A stretch of 32,000 nucleotides of DNA from Escherichia coli (GTDB taxonomy: Bacteria > Pseudomonadota > Gammaproteobacteria > Enterobacterales > Enterobacteriaceae): assembly GCF_050218735.1 (NCBI RefSeq), contig NZ_CP189734.1; one strand, written 5' to 3'. The translations under genes were made by a program, and so were the position numbers. The notes under the pieces were generated by a model, which made no database searches, had not been told where the DNA came from, and saw nothing but the letters and a program-made list of their open reading frames with translations. Shown here piece after piece: positions 17,801-27,437 of this stretch (position 1 is its first letter; each line of letters begins with the position of its first letter).

Positions 17801-19498
17801 TCATTCTTCTGCTTCAACAAATTCAAAACAGTGATTACACAATCCTCTTTTCTTATAAGCCGCATGATTAACATCAATTGGAGCTTTGCAATGTGGGCAC
17901 CTAAAGGCCTCACCGATTTCCATCATAAATGACTGGAAGAAAGCATCCTCAAGAGAAATCCTGCGGACATCACGTAGATCCTTAATATTGAGGTCGTTAA
18001 GCATTGACGTATCTAATTTGTTTTTCGTTATATTAAGAGAGTTATAACAACCATAGTCGACAGAATAAACATTGTATGATACCCCTGGGTGATCTTTATG
18101 CGAATATCCACTTTTACGCAAATGAATAACGCGCAAGTCGATAAGATTTTGAATGTGTTTATTGTTCGAATATTTTTCAGGAATCAAAAAATGCATGGAT
18201 TTCTTTTTTTCTATTACTTCTTTCACTATTTCAGTTAATAGTTTTTTCTCAACATCGTTTTTATCAACCTGTTCTTTTTTATCTGACTCATACCATTCGG
18301 CATTAGCTAGCCGTAAATTTTTAACACTAATCCTCGCTGCTGTCGAACTAGATGAAAGCATGAATTTATCATAGCTGTTAAGAAACAAATTTATGAAGTC
18401 TCGTGGTATTCCAGCACAAGCTATTAATATTTCATTCAATGCTACATTAGCAAAAAGTATATTGATGAAGCTGTCTTTTGTTTTTTTCTCTTTTTTGACA
18501 AGATTATCAATGGCTGTTTTATTTATTGAGGAAAGATGTTTGTAGAGAAGATCATTAAAGAAATCTCTAGTTTGGTTTTTATTAACTTCAAAAACATATC
18601 TCATATCTAGAGGATATCCAAAAATATCCCCTCCTTCTTCGAGACCAAAAAATTTACTCTCAGTTTTAATACCCAAAGTAGTTCTATTAGGAATAGCCGC
18701 AATTTTTGTAACCACATTAATTGCAGAAAATGTTTTTTTAAAAATCTCCGCCAATGAAGGCTGTATTTCGCGAGGTATTTCTGACCATTCATCAACTAAA
18801 ATCATCAGAAAGCGTAAATCCAACTCGTTTAAAATTTCATCTAGTGCATTAGTGATATGTAAAATGGAGACATGCCCTCTACGGCCGGTTTGTTTATTTT
18901 CTTTAACAGTACCTGACGCCGATAATTTTGCACTAGGGCTTTTCGATATATTCACTTCTCCACTTAAACTTTTCACCTCCTCCTCAGATACCGTTAAGTC
19001 ATTAGATTTTTTTAATTCTCGACCATTGAATTCCAAATATAGTGATTCAAAAAAATCATTTAATTGAGATTTTTTTGAATCAAACAAAGCCTCATTTTTA
19101 GAATCGAATTCATTTTTATTTAATAGAATGGGTAAGTTACCATATAAATTAAATGAAACTTCTTGCATTATGTATTTGAAAATCAAAAGAGCATCAACCT
19201 CCTTGTTTTCCACCTCTGGTGAAACCAAAGGTATAATTCTCCTTAAGTCGATATAAACCGGGAAAACTTTATCAACAGGGTAATTATCAACAACCCTTTC
19301 AGACAATGCTTTGAGGAGATGGGTTTTTCCTGACCCACGCCGCCCATAGACAACCGTGTTATTAATATTATCAATATTCCTAATATTTTCCTCACCGGAG
19401 TAAAGATCCAAATAACTATTGTAATCAATCCTCTCAGCTCGAATATTATTAGCCAACTTACCTATGCAACTATTTATCTCTTTTGATTTTATGCTCAT
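17801..19498 (-). CDS. Uncharacterised P-loop ATPase (ORC/CDC6-like AAA family) with C-terminal zinc ribbon; P4 hotspot cargo, candidate anti-phage gene
   Basis: Walker A VVYGRRGSGKTHLLKAL (residues ~49-65; GRRGSGKT at 19322-19345), Walker B FLMILVDEWSEIP, sensor-like KIAAIPNRTTLG, C-terminal FRCPHCKAP...GLCNHCFEF. Confidence 0.8.
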   Translation of the reverse strand: MSIKSKEINSCIGKLANNIRAERIDYNSYLDLYSGEENIRNIDNINNTVVYGRRGSGKTHLLKALSERVVDNYPVDKVFPVYIDLRRIIPLVSPEVENKEVDALLIFKYIMQEVSFNLYGNLPILLNKNEFDSKNEALFDSKKSQLNDFFESLYLEFNGRELKKSNDLTVSEEEVKSLSGEVNISKSPSAKLSASGTVKENKQTGRRGHVSILHITNALDEILNELDLRFLMILVDEWSEIPREIQPSLAEIFKKTFSAINVVTKIAAIPNRTTLGIKTESKFFGLEEGGDIFGYPLDMRYVFEVNKNQTRDFFNDLLYKHLSSINKTAIDNLVKKEKKTKDSFINILFANVALNEILIACAGIPRDFINLFLNSYDKFMLSSSSTAARISVKNLRLANAEWYESDKKEQVDKNDVEKKLLTEIVKEVIEKKKSMHFLIPEKYSNNKHIQNLIDLRVIHLRKSGYSHKDHPGVSYNVYSVDYGCYNSLNITKNKLDTSMLNDLNIKDLRDVRRISLEDAFFQSFMMEIGEAFRCPHCKAPIDVNHAAYKKRGLCNHCFEFVEAEE

Positions 19499-19585
19499 CC
19501 CAGCTCCAAGTGTTATTTTTAAATTAGCCGCTCACGTAATAACATCATTTGAATAAATTAGTTCACTCTATTTTATTCAAAGGCA

Positions 19586-20845
19586 CTACGCGGAAGTTTT
19601 GGCAAAATCATAAGGTGTAACATACCCATTTGAGTTTCTATCAAGGTAGTCAGCCCACCACTGTACCATCAAACGCCGCTCATCCAAATGTTCAGAAGTA
19701 TGAATATAGGCCGCGCGCACATTATTGCGCTCAGAGTGGCTTAACTGGCGCTCTATAGCGTCATCACTCCACAATCCAGACTCACCCAATGCCCCACGCG
19801 CCATCGTTCTAAACCCATGCCCGCAGACCTCGGTTTTCGTGTCATAGCCCATCGCACGCAATGCACCGTTTACCGTGTTCTCACTCATAACCTTGGTTGC
19901 GTCATGATCCCCCGGAAACAGCAGTTCTTTATCGCCACTAATTTGCTTGAGCTGTTCTAACAAAACCATCGCCTGACGGCTGAGAGGAACAATGTGCTCC
20001 TCTTTCATTTTCATGCCACGATATGAGTAACGCACGCCTTTAATTTCTTCTCGTTTTGCAGGTATACGCCAAAGAGATTTATCGAAGTCGAATTCATTCC
20101 AACGCGCGAAACGTAACTCACTGGAGCGCACAAAAGTCAGTAAGGAAAGCTCAACCGCAATCCGTGTCATTACCCTGCCACGATATGCAGCAAGACGAGC
20201 AAGAAACTCAGGGAACCGGCTGGAGGGTAAAGCGGGGTAATGTCGTGCTTTGGTTGTCGATAGCGCACCGGCCATATCACTGGCTGGGTTTGAGTCGATG
20301 TAATCGTTCTGTACAGCATAACGCATAATGCCCGTGACGCGCTGTTGCAAGCGCTGCGCAACGTCATGCTTACCACTGGCATCAACCTTTTTAATCGGGG
20401 CTAACAGGTGGCTGGTTTTGAGCTGGCGAATGTCGTACGAACCGATATGAGGGAAAATATAAAGCTCAAGATAGCGCAGAACGCGCGATCGATGGTCTTC
20501 ACTCCATCGCTTGTTACTGGCATGCCATTCACGAGCAATGGTTTCGAAAGTATATGCCCCCGAATTCTCGGCCTGAGCTTCTTTCTGTTCGGCTTTTGGG
20601 TCAATGCCCTGCACTAACAGCTTTTTAGCTTCGTCACGCTTTGCTCTTGCCTGAGCTAGTGTCACCGTAGGCCAAACACCAAAAGCGAGGCGATCCTCTT
20701 TTTTGTCTGAAGGACGTCTGTATTTCATACGCCAATATTTAGAACCCTTGGCCGAAACCTCGAGATACAAACCGCCGCCATCGGCCATTTTGTATGTTTT
20801 GTCTTTTGGCTTTGCGGTCTCGACCTGTCTGGCGTTGAGCTTCAT
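19586..20845 (-). CDS. int: P4-type tyrosine integrase (satellite integrase, copy 2)
   Basis: MKLNARQVETAKPKDKTYKMADGGGLYLEV..., RSSELRFARW, HGFRTMA, HSERNNVRAAYIH; adjacent to leuX. Start set to ATG at 20845. Confidence 0.95.
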   Translation of the reverse strand: MKLNARQVETAKPKDKTYKMADGGGLYLEVSAKGSKYWRMKYRRPSDKKEDRLAFGVWPTVTLAQARAKRDEAKKLLVQGIDPKAEQKEAQAENSGAYTFETIAREWHASNKRWSEDHRSRVLRYLELYIFPHIGSYDIRQLKTSHLLAPIKKVDASGKHDVAQRLQQRVTGIMRYAVQNDYIDSNPASDMAGALSTTKARHYPALPSSRFPEFLARLAAYRGRVMTRIAVELSLLTFVRSSELRFARWNEFDFDKSLWRIPAKREEIKGVRYSYRGMKMKEEHIVPLSRQAMVLLEQLKQISGDKELLFPGDHDATKVMSENTVNGALRAMGYDTKTEVCGHGFRTMARGALGESGLWSDDAIERQLSHSERNNVRAAYIHTSEHLDERRLMVQWWADYLDRNSNGYVTPYDFAKTSA

Positions 20846-21008
20846 TTGGGGGCACATTTCTAATCGAAGTTAAGATGCCCCCAATTATGCCCCCAATGAC
20901 ATCCGGATTTCAACGGACTACCTCGGACGACTCAGGACATAAAAACCGCTGCAAGCATTGATTTTAAAGGGTTTGGCGGACTTTCTCGGATGGTCTTGGA
21001 AGTACTAA

Positions 21009-21093
21009 TGGTGCCGAAGGCCGGACTCGAACCGGCACGTATTTCTACGGTTGATTTTGAATCAACTGCGTCTACCGATTTCGCCACTTCGGC
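21009..21093 (-). tRNA. leuX: tRNA-Leu (anticodon CAA)
   Basis: Minus-strand GCCGAAGTGGCGAAATCGGTAGACGCAGTTGATTCAAAATCAACCGTAGAAATACGTGCCGGTTCGAGTCCGGCCTTCGGCACCA; acceptor GCCGAAG/CTTCGGC pairs, CAA anticodon, long variable arm, encoded CCA. Confidence 0.98.
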
Positions 21094-21288
21094 ACTGAAG
21101 AGGTATGCGGAAAACGTTGTGGATTATACCTGTCGCACGCCACCATGCAAGCGCCAGCTTGCTCGCATCTCGCTAAGTGCTGAAATTTTCAGCATTGCGT
21201 ACAGCGATGTGTAACCTTTGTCACACTCCATGCACCCCGCCCTGCCATGCTCTACACTTCCCAGACCACACCAGAGAAGGACCAAAAA

Positions 21289-22308
21289 ATGTCAATGATA
21301 AAAAGCTATGCCGCAAAAGAAGCGGGCGGCGAACTGGAAGTTTATGAGTACGATCCCGGTGAGCTGAAGCCACAAGATGTTGAAGTGCAGGTGGATTACT
21401 GCGGGATCTGCCATTCCGATCTGTCGATGATCGATAACGAATGGGGATTTTCACAATATCCGCTGGTTGCCGGGCATGAGGTGATTGGTCGCGTGGTGGC
21501 GCTCGGGAGTGCCGCGCAGGATAAAGGTTTGCAGGTCGGTCAGCGTGTCGGGATTGGCTGGACAGCGCGTAGCTGTGGTCACTGCGACGCCTGTATTAGC
21601 GGAAATCAGATCAACTGTGAGCAAGGTGCGGTGCCAACAATTATGAATCGCGGAGGTTTTGCCGAGAAGTTGCGTGTAGACTGGCAATGGGTTATTCCAC
21701 TGCCGGAAAATATCGACATTGAATCTGCCGGGCCGCTGTTGTGCGGCGGTATCACGGTCTTTAAACCACTGTTGATGCACCATATCACTGCTACCAGCCG
21801 CGTTGGGGTAATTGGTATTGGCGGGCTGGGGCATATCGCTATAAAACTTCTGCACGCAATGGGATGTGAGGTGACGGCCTTTAGTTCTAATCCGGCGAAA
21901 GAGCAGGAATTGCTGGCGATGGGTGCCGATAAAGTGGTGAATAGCCGCGATCCGCAGGCACTGAAAGCACTGGCGGGGCAGTTTGATCTCATTATCAATA
22001 CCGTGAACGTCAGCCTCGACTGGCAGCCTTATTTTGAGGCGCTGACGTACGGCGGTAATTTCCACACTGTCGGTGCGGTTCTCACGCCGCTGTCTGTTCC
22101 GGCCTTTACGTTAATTGCGGGCGATCGCAGCGTCTCTGGCTCTGCTACCGGCACGCCTTATGAACTGCGTAAGCTGATGCGCTTTGCCGCCCGCAGCAAG
22201 GTTGCGCCGACAACCGAACTGTTCCCGATGTCGAAAATTAACGACGCCATCCAGCATGTGCGCGACGGTAAGGCGCGTTACCGCGTGGTGTTGAAAGCCG
22301 ATTTTTGA
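21289..22308 (+). CDS. ahr: NADPH-dependent aldehyde reductase, zinc-type alcohol dehydrogenase family
   Basis: 339 aa from ATG 21289 ([45 protein letters not shown]...). Confidence 0.95.
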   Translation: MSMIKSYAAKEAGGELEVYEYDPGELKPQDVEVQVDYCGICHSDLSMIDNEWGFSQYPLVAGHEVIGRVVALGSAAQDKGLQVGQRVGIGWTARSCGHCDACISGNQINCEQGAVPTIMNRGGFAEKLRVDWQWVIPLPENIDIESAGPLLCGGITVFKPLLMHHITATSRVGVIGIGGLGHIAIKLLHAMGCEVTAFSSNPAKEQELLAMGADKVVNSRDPQALKALAGQFDLIINTVNVSLDWQPYFEALTYGGNFHTVGAVLTPLSVPAFTLIAGDRSVSGSATGTPYELRKLMRFAARSKVAPTTELFPMSKINDAIQHVRDGKARYRVVLKADF

Positions 22309-22311
22309 AAA

Positions 22312-22875
22312 TCATTCGCAGCGCTGATCTGAGGCGCTGCCCTCTTTCGCACATATTCTGTTTTGTCGTATCGCCAGCACAGCCTGCCGACATTGTTCGG
22401 TGACATTGGCAATATCATGGTTGATATCAATGCGCACAATATCCTGTTCATCTGCTTGTGGACGCTCCAGCGCCTCAAACTGACTTTTTAGTAACGCTAC
22501 CGGCATAAAATGCCCAGCCCGACGCTGCATTCGCGCGAGGATAGTTTCATAGTCGCCATCTAACCAGAGGAAATGAACATGGGGGCTACCCTTGCGTAAA
22601 ATATCACGATAATGTTTTTTTAATGATGAACAGACAATAAATCCTGTTTCATTCTTTTTATAAAGACTGTATGAAGCATCATTTAAGCGTTCCAGCCAGG
22701 GAAGTCGATCTTCATCAGATAATGGAATACCCTGCGACATTTTATCTATATTTTTGGCTGGATGAAGATCGTCACCATCAATAAATTTAGCAGATAATAA
22801 CGCGGCAACCTTGCTACCAATTAATGTTTTACCACTCCCTGAAACGCCCATCAAAATAAAGCTTTCACCCGCCAT
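22312..22875 (-). CDS. idnK: D-gluconate kinase (thermosensitive gluconokinase)
   Basis: 187 aa; MGVSGSGKTLIGSKVAALLSAKFIDGDDLHP gluconokinase signature. Confidence 0.95.
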   Translation of the reverse strand: MAGESFILMGVSGSGKTLIGSKVAALLSAKFIDGDDLHPAKNIDKMSQGIPLSDEDRLPWLERLNDASYSLYKKNETGFIVCSSLKKHYRDILRKGSPHVHFLWLDGDYETILARMQRRAGHFMPVALLKSQFEALERPQADEQDIVRIDINHDIANVTEQCRQAVLAIRQNRICAKEGSASDQRCE

Positions 22876-22976
22876 TTAAAATCTCCTGAATCATCTTACC
22901 TGCTGCGATACTACGCCTGGTGGCATAATAATTTCACGTTTTTTTATTTCTGCTGATAAGAATTACAAGGCACATC

Positions 22977-22992
22977 ACGTTATGCGTAACAT
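22977..22992. promoter_or_regulatory. Putative GntR/IdnR operator
   Basis: Near-palindrome acgttatgcgtaacat in the divergent idnK-idnD intergenic region. Confidence 0.5.
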
Positions 22993-23013
22993 AGTAATGT
23001 AACAATTTTCTGA

Positions 23014-23029
23014 CGTGATCTTCATCACA
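23014..23029. promoter_or_regulatory. Putative CRP binding site
   Basis: cGTGA-tcttca-TCACA matches TGTGA-N6-TCACA with one mismatch, upstream of idnD. Confidence 0.6.
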
Positions 23030-23091
23030 AATAATGACAATTAAAACCGCTTAAATGCTTCCGAGGTGTCTACCTGACCAGTGAGGAATTT

Positions 23092-24123
23092 ATGCAAGTG
23101 AAAACACAGTCCTGCGTTGTTGCGGGCAAGAAAACTGTTGCCGTTACCGAGCAGACGATAGATTGGAATAATAATGGAACATTAGTACAAATAACCCGAG
23201 GTGGAATTTGCGGTTCCGATTTACATTATTATCAGGAAGGAAAAGTAGGTAATTTCATGATAAAGGCACCGATGGTGTTAGGTCATGAAGTTATCGGTAA
23301 AGTTATTCATAGCGACTCATCAGAATTACATGAAGGGCAAACGGTAGCCATTAATCCGTCTAAACCGTGCGGTCACTGCAAATACTGCATTGAACATAAC
23401 GAGAATCAGTGTACAGAGATGCGTTTTTTTGGCAGTGCCATGTATTTCCCTCATGTTGATGGTGGTTTTACCCGTTATAAAATGGTCGAAACGTCGCAAT
23501 GTGTCCCTTATCCGGCCAAAGCTGACGAAAAGGTTATGGCTTTTGCCGAACCTTTAGCCGTCGCGATTCATGCCGCACATCAGGCCGGCGAGTTACAGGG
23601 CAAGCGAGTATTTATTTCCGGTGTTGGACCCATTGGCTGCCTGATTGTCAGTGCAGTGAAAACACTGGGGGCCGCGGAAATTGTCTGTGCTGATGTGAGT
23701 CCCCGTTCCCTTTCGCTGGGCAAAGAGATGGGGGCGGATGTGCTCGTAAACCCACAAAACGACGACATGGATCACTGGAAAGCGGAAAAAGGCTATTTCG
23801 ATGTCAGCTTTGAAGTGTCCGGTCATCCTTCATCAGTGAATACCTGTCTGGAGGTCACTCGTGCACGCGGCGTAATGGTGCAGGTAGGTATGGGAGGCGC
23901 GATGGCAGAATTCCCAATGATGACGTTGATTGGTAAGGAGATTTCACTCAGAGGCTCTTTCCGTTTTACCAGCGAATTTAATACCGCAGTGTCATGGCTG
24001 GCGAATGGCGTTATCAATCCACTGCCTTTACTGAGTGCTGAATATCCCTTCACTGACCTGGAAGAGGCGCTACGTTTCGCCGGTGATAAAACCCAGGCAG
24101 CAAAAGTCCAGCTTGTTTTCTAA
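23092..24123 (+). CDS. idnD: L-idonate 5-dehydrogenase
   Basis: Zinc-dependent MDR protein (GHEVIGKVIHSD, CGHCKYCIEHNENQC) followed by idnO-idnT-idnR. Confidence 0.95.
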   Translation: MQVKTQSCVVAGKKTVAVTEQTIDWNNNGTLVQITRGGICGSDLHYYQEGKVGNFMIKAPMVLGHEVIGKVIHSDSSELHEGQTVAINPSKPCGHCKYCIEHNENQCTEMRFFGSAMYFPHVDGGFTRYKMVETSQCVPYPAKADEKVMAFAEPLAVAIHAAHQAGELQGKRVFISGVGPIGCLIVSAVKTLGAAEIVCADVSPRSLSLGKEMGADVLVNPQNDDMDHWKAEKGYFDVSFEVSGHPSSVNTCLEVTRARGVMVQVGMGGAMAEFPMMTLIGKEISLRGSFRFTSEFNTAVSWLANGVINPLPLLSAEYPFTDLEEALRFAGDKTQAAKVQLVF

Positions 24124-24146
24124 GAGATAAATAAAGGAATAATACA

Positions 24147-24911
24147 ATGAACGATCTATTTTCACTGGCAGGAAAAAATATCTTGATTACCGGTTCAGCA
24201 CAGGGCATTGGCTTTTTACTGGCAACCGGCCTGGGTAAATATGGCGCACAAATAATTATTAATGATATTACTGCCGAACGCGCAGAACTTGCTGTAGAAA
24301 AACTCCACCAGGAGGGTATTCAGGCCGTTGCCGCACCTTTTAATGTTACTCATAAACATGAAATTGATGCCGCCGTTGAACATATCGAAAAGGACATCGG
24401 CCCCATTGATGTGCTGGTGAATAACGCCGGTATCCAGCGCCGTCATCCTTTTACTGAGTTCCCTGAACAAGAGTGGAATGATGTGATCGCAGTAAACCAG
24501 ACCGCCGTGTTCCTGGTATCGCAAGCGGTAACTCGTCACATGGTTGAACGCAAGGCAGGTAAAGTTATTAATATTTGCTCGATGCAAAGCGAACTGGGAC
24601 GTGACACCATCACCCCTTATGCCGCATCGAAAGGGGCGGTAAAAATGCTCACCCGCGGCATGTGCGTCGAGCTGGCGCGCCACAATATTCAGGTCAACGG
24701 TATTGCGCCGGGCTATTTCAAAACAGAAATGACTAAAGCACTGGTTGAGGACGAAGCCTTCACCGCTTGGTTGTGCAAACGGACCCCCGCCGCACGCTGG
24801 GGAGATCCGCAGGAACTGATTGGTGCTGCGGTGTTCCTTTCTTCAAAAGCCTCTGATTTCGTAAACGGCCACCTGTTGTTTGTTGATGGCGGCATGTTAG
24901 TGGCTGTTTAA
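24147..24911 (+). CDS. idnO: 5-keto-D-gluconate 5-reductase, SDR family
   Basis: ITGSAQGIGFLLATGLG, NNAGIQRRHPF, YAASKGAVKML motifs. Confidence 0.95.
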   Translation: MNDLFSLAGKNILITGSAQGIGFLLATGLGKYGAQIIINDITAERAELAVEKLHQEGIQAVAAPFNVTHKHEIDAAVEHIEKDIGPIDVLVNNAGIQRRHPFTEFPEQEWNDVIAVNQTAVFLVSQAVTRHMVERKAGKVINICSMQSELGRDTITPYAASKGAVKMLTRGMCVELARHNIQVNGIAPGYFKTEMTKALVEDEAFTAWLCKRTPAARWGDPQELIGAAVFLSSKASDFVNGHLLFVDGGMLVAV

Positions 24912-24975
24912 CACCTACTACCCTACGTGCAGCGCGAAAGCGCTGCTTTTCTGGCACTAATAAGAGATAAAGACT

Positions 24976-26295
24976 ATGCCATTAATCATTATTGCGGCAG
25001 GCGTCGCGCTGCTTCTTATCCTGATGATCGGCTTTAAAGTTAACGGCTTTATTGCCCTCGTTCTGGTAGCTGCCGTCGTCGGATTTGCCGAAGGGATGGA
25101 TGCACAGGCCGTCCTGCACTCTATACAAAATGGTATCGGCAGCACGCTCGGCGGGCTGGCAATGATTCTCGGTTTCGGGGCCATGTTAGGCAAGCTGATT
25201 TCTGATACGGGTGCGGCACAACGTATCGCCACTACGCTGATTGCTACTTTTGGTAAAAAACGCGTGCAATGGGCGCTAGTGATCACCGGTCTGGTTGTGG
25301 GCCTCGCCATGTTTTTTGAAGTGGGTTTTGTCCTGCTGTTGCCGTTGGTATTTACCATCGTAGCATCATCAGGATTACCCCTGTTGTATGTTGGCGTACC
25401 AATGGTAGCAGCGCTCTCTGTAACCCACTGTTTTCTGCCGCCACATCCAGGGCCTACTGCCATCGCGACTATCTTTGAGGCTAATCTCGGAACGACTTTA
25501 CTGTATGGATTTATCATTACCATTCCGACAGTTATTGTCGCAGGACCGCTGTTTTCTAAACTGCTAACTCGCTTTGAGAAAGCACCACCGGAAGGCTTAT
25601 TTAATCCTCATCTGTTTAGCGAAGAGGAGATGCCCTCCTTCTGGAACAGTATTTTCGCTGCCGTGATCCCGGTCATCCTGATGGCTATCGCCGCCGTTTG
25701 TGAAATTACGTTACCGAAAACTAACACCGTGCGCCTCTTCTTTGAATTTGTCGGTAACCCTGCCGTTGCGCTGTTTATTGCCATTGTTATTGCGATTTTC
25801 ACACTGGGCCGACGTAATGGACGCACCATCGAGCAAATCATGGATATCATTGGGGATTCTATAGGCGCTATCGCGATGATTGTGTTTATTATCGCTGGCG
25901 GCGGCGCGTTTAAGCAGGTATTAGTAGATAGCGGTGTCGGGCACTATATTTCACACTTAATGACCGGAACTACGCTTTCGCCGTTATTGATGTGCTGGAC
26001 TGTTGCGGCGCTGTTGCGTATCGCTCTGGGCTCTGCCACCGTCGCGGCCATTACCACCGCGGGTGTGGTGTTGCCGATTATCAACGTTACCCATGCCGAT
26101 CCCGCTTTAATGGTACTGGCAACCGGTGCGGGCAGCGTGATCGCGTCACACGTAAACGACCCTGGCTTCTGGCTATTTAAAGGGTATTTTAATCTGACGG
26201 TTGGTGAAACGTTGCGTACCTGGACGGTGATGGAAACCCTTATTTCTATTATGGGTTTGCTGGGCGTGTTAGCCATTAACGCCGTATTGCACTGA
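24976..26295 (+). CDS. idnT: L-idonate/5-ketogluconate/gluconate:H+ symporter (GntP family)
   Basis: 439 aa polytopic membrane protein; CFLPPHPGPTAIATIF motif; operon context. Confidence 0.95.
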   Translation: MPLIIIAAGVALLLILMIGFKVNGFIALVLVAAVVGFAEGMDAQAVLHSIQNGIGSTLGGLAMILGFGAMLGKLISDTGAAQRIATTLIATFGKKRVQWALVITGLVVGLAMFFEVGFVLLLPLVFTIVASSGLPLLYVGVPMVAALSVTHCFLPPHPGPTAIATIFEANLGTTLLYGFIITIPTVIVAGPLFSKLLTRFEKAPPEGLFNPHLFSEEEMPSFWNSIFAAVIPVILMAIAAVCEITLPKTNTVRLFFEFVGNPAVALFIAIVIAIFTLGRRNGRTIEQIMDIIGDSIGAIAMIVFIIAGGGAFKQVLVDSGVGHYISHLMTGTTLSPLLMCWTVAALLRIALGSATVAAITTAGVVLPIINVTHADPALMVLATGAGSVIASHVNDPGFWLFKGYFNLTVGETLRTWTVMETLISIMGLLGVLAINAVLH

Positions 26296-26361
26296 AAGAA
26301 TAAAATATTGTGATGTAGTTTCGGGGGAAGATTGAAGATTCCCCCGACGTTGGGAGAAGTT

Positions 26362-27360
26362 ATGCGCAATCACAGAATTTCTTTACAGGATATCGCTACG
26401 CTGGCTGGCGTAACAAAAATGACCGTGAGTCGTTATATCCGCTCGCCGAAAAAGGTGGCAAAGGAAACAGGCGAGCGCATCGCCAAAATTATGGAAGAGA
26501 TCAATTATATCCCTAATCGCGCTCCCGGCATGTTGTTGAATGCACAAAGTTATACCCTTGGTATCTTGATTCCGTCATTTCAAAATCAACTCTTCGCTGA
26601 CATTCTCGCGGGAATAGAATCCGTCACCTCTGAGCATAATTATCAGACCCTTATTGCTAATTACAATTACGATCGCGATTCCGAAGAAGAGTCGGTGATT
26701 AACCTGCTCTCTTATAACATTGACGGGATTATACTTTCGGAAAAATATCACACCATCAGGACGGTGAAATTTCTGCGTTCAGCCACCATTCCGGTCGTGG
26801 AATTGATGGATGTACAGGGAGAACGGCTGGATATGGAGGTCGGTTTTGATAATCGGCAGGCCGCTTTTGACATGGTGTGTACCATGCTGGAGAAGCGAGT
26901 CAGGCACAAAATTCTGTATCTCGGTTCCAAAGATGACACCCGCGATGAACAGCGTTATCAGGGGTATTGCGATGCGATGATGCTGCATAATCTTTCCCCA
27001 TTACGCATGAATCCACGCGCCATCTCATCCATTCATTTAGGAATGCAGTTAATGCGTGATGCCCTTAGCGCAAACCCGGATTTAGACGGTGTATTTTGCA
27101 CCAATGACGATATTGCGATGGGTGCGCTTCTGCTGTGCCGCGAGCGAAACCTCGCCGTGCCAGAACAAATTTCCATTGCGGGTTTTCATGGGCTGGAGAT
27201 TGGCAGGCAAATGATCCCAAGCCTCGCCAGCGTAATTACTCCCCGTTTTGATATTGGTCGGATGGCCGCCCAAATGTTGCTGAGCAAAATTAAAAATAAC
27301 GATCACAACCACAACACTGTTGACCTCGGGTATCAGATTTATCAAGGCAACACGCTTTAG
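26362..27360 (+). CDS. idnR: LacI-family regulator of L-idonate metabolism
   Basis: 332 aa from ATG 26362 with ggagaag RBS; [38 protein letters not shown]. Confidence 0.93.
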   Translation: MRNHRISLQDIATLAGVTKMTVSRYIRSPKKVAKETGERIAKIMEEINYIPNRAPGMLLNAQSYTLGILIPSFQNQLFADILAGIESVTSEHNYQTLIANYNYDRDSEEESVINLLSYNIDGIILSEKYHTIRTVKFLRSATIPVVELMDVQGERLDMEVGFDNRQAAFDMVCTMLEKRVRHKILYLGSKDDTRDEQRYQGYCDAMMLHNLSPLRMNPRAISSIHLGMQLMRDALSANPDLDGVFCTNDDIAMGALLLCRERNLAVPEQISIAGFHGLEIGRQMIPSLASVITPRFDIGRMAAQMLLSKIKNNDHNHNTVDLGYQIYQGNTL

Positions 27361-27437
27361 GTTATTTTCTCTTCATTACACGTATTCTCTTTGCCGGACG
27401 TTGCCTATACTCCAGGCAGGAAACTGGAGGAAATCTC

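Larger units (their letters stand above)
10017..21032. mobile_element. P4-family satellite prophage integrated at leuX
   Basis: P4-like order alpha-cnr-orf151-epsilon-kil-cI-vis-ori-sid-delta-psu-cos-cargo-int, bounded by the leuX 3' end and the att-like repeat; ~11.0 kb. Confidence 0.93.

Noticed and set aside
17750-17932. 60 aa plus-strand ORF downstream of cos
   Set aside because: Overlaps the 3' end of the ATPase gene on the opposite strand; no recognisable features.
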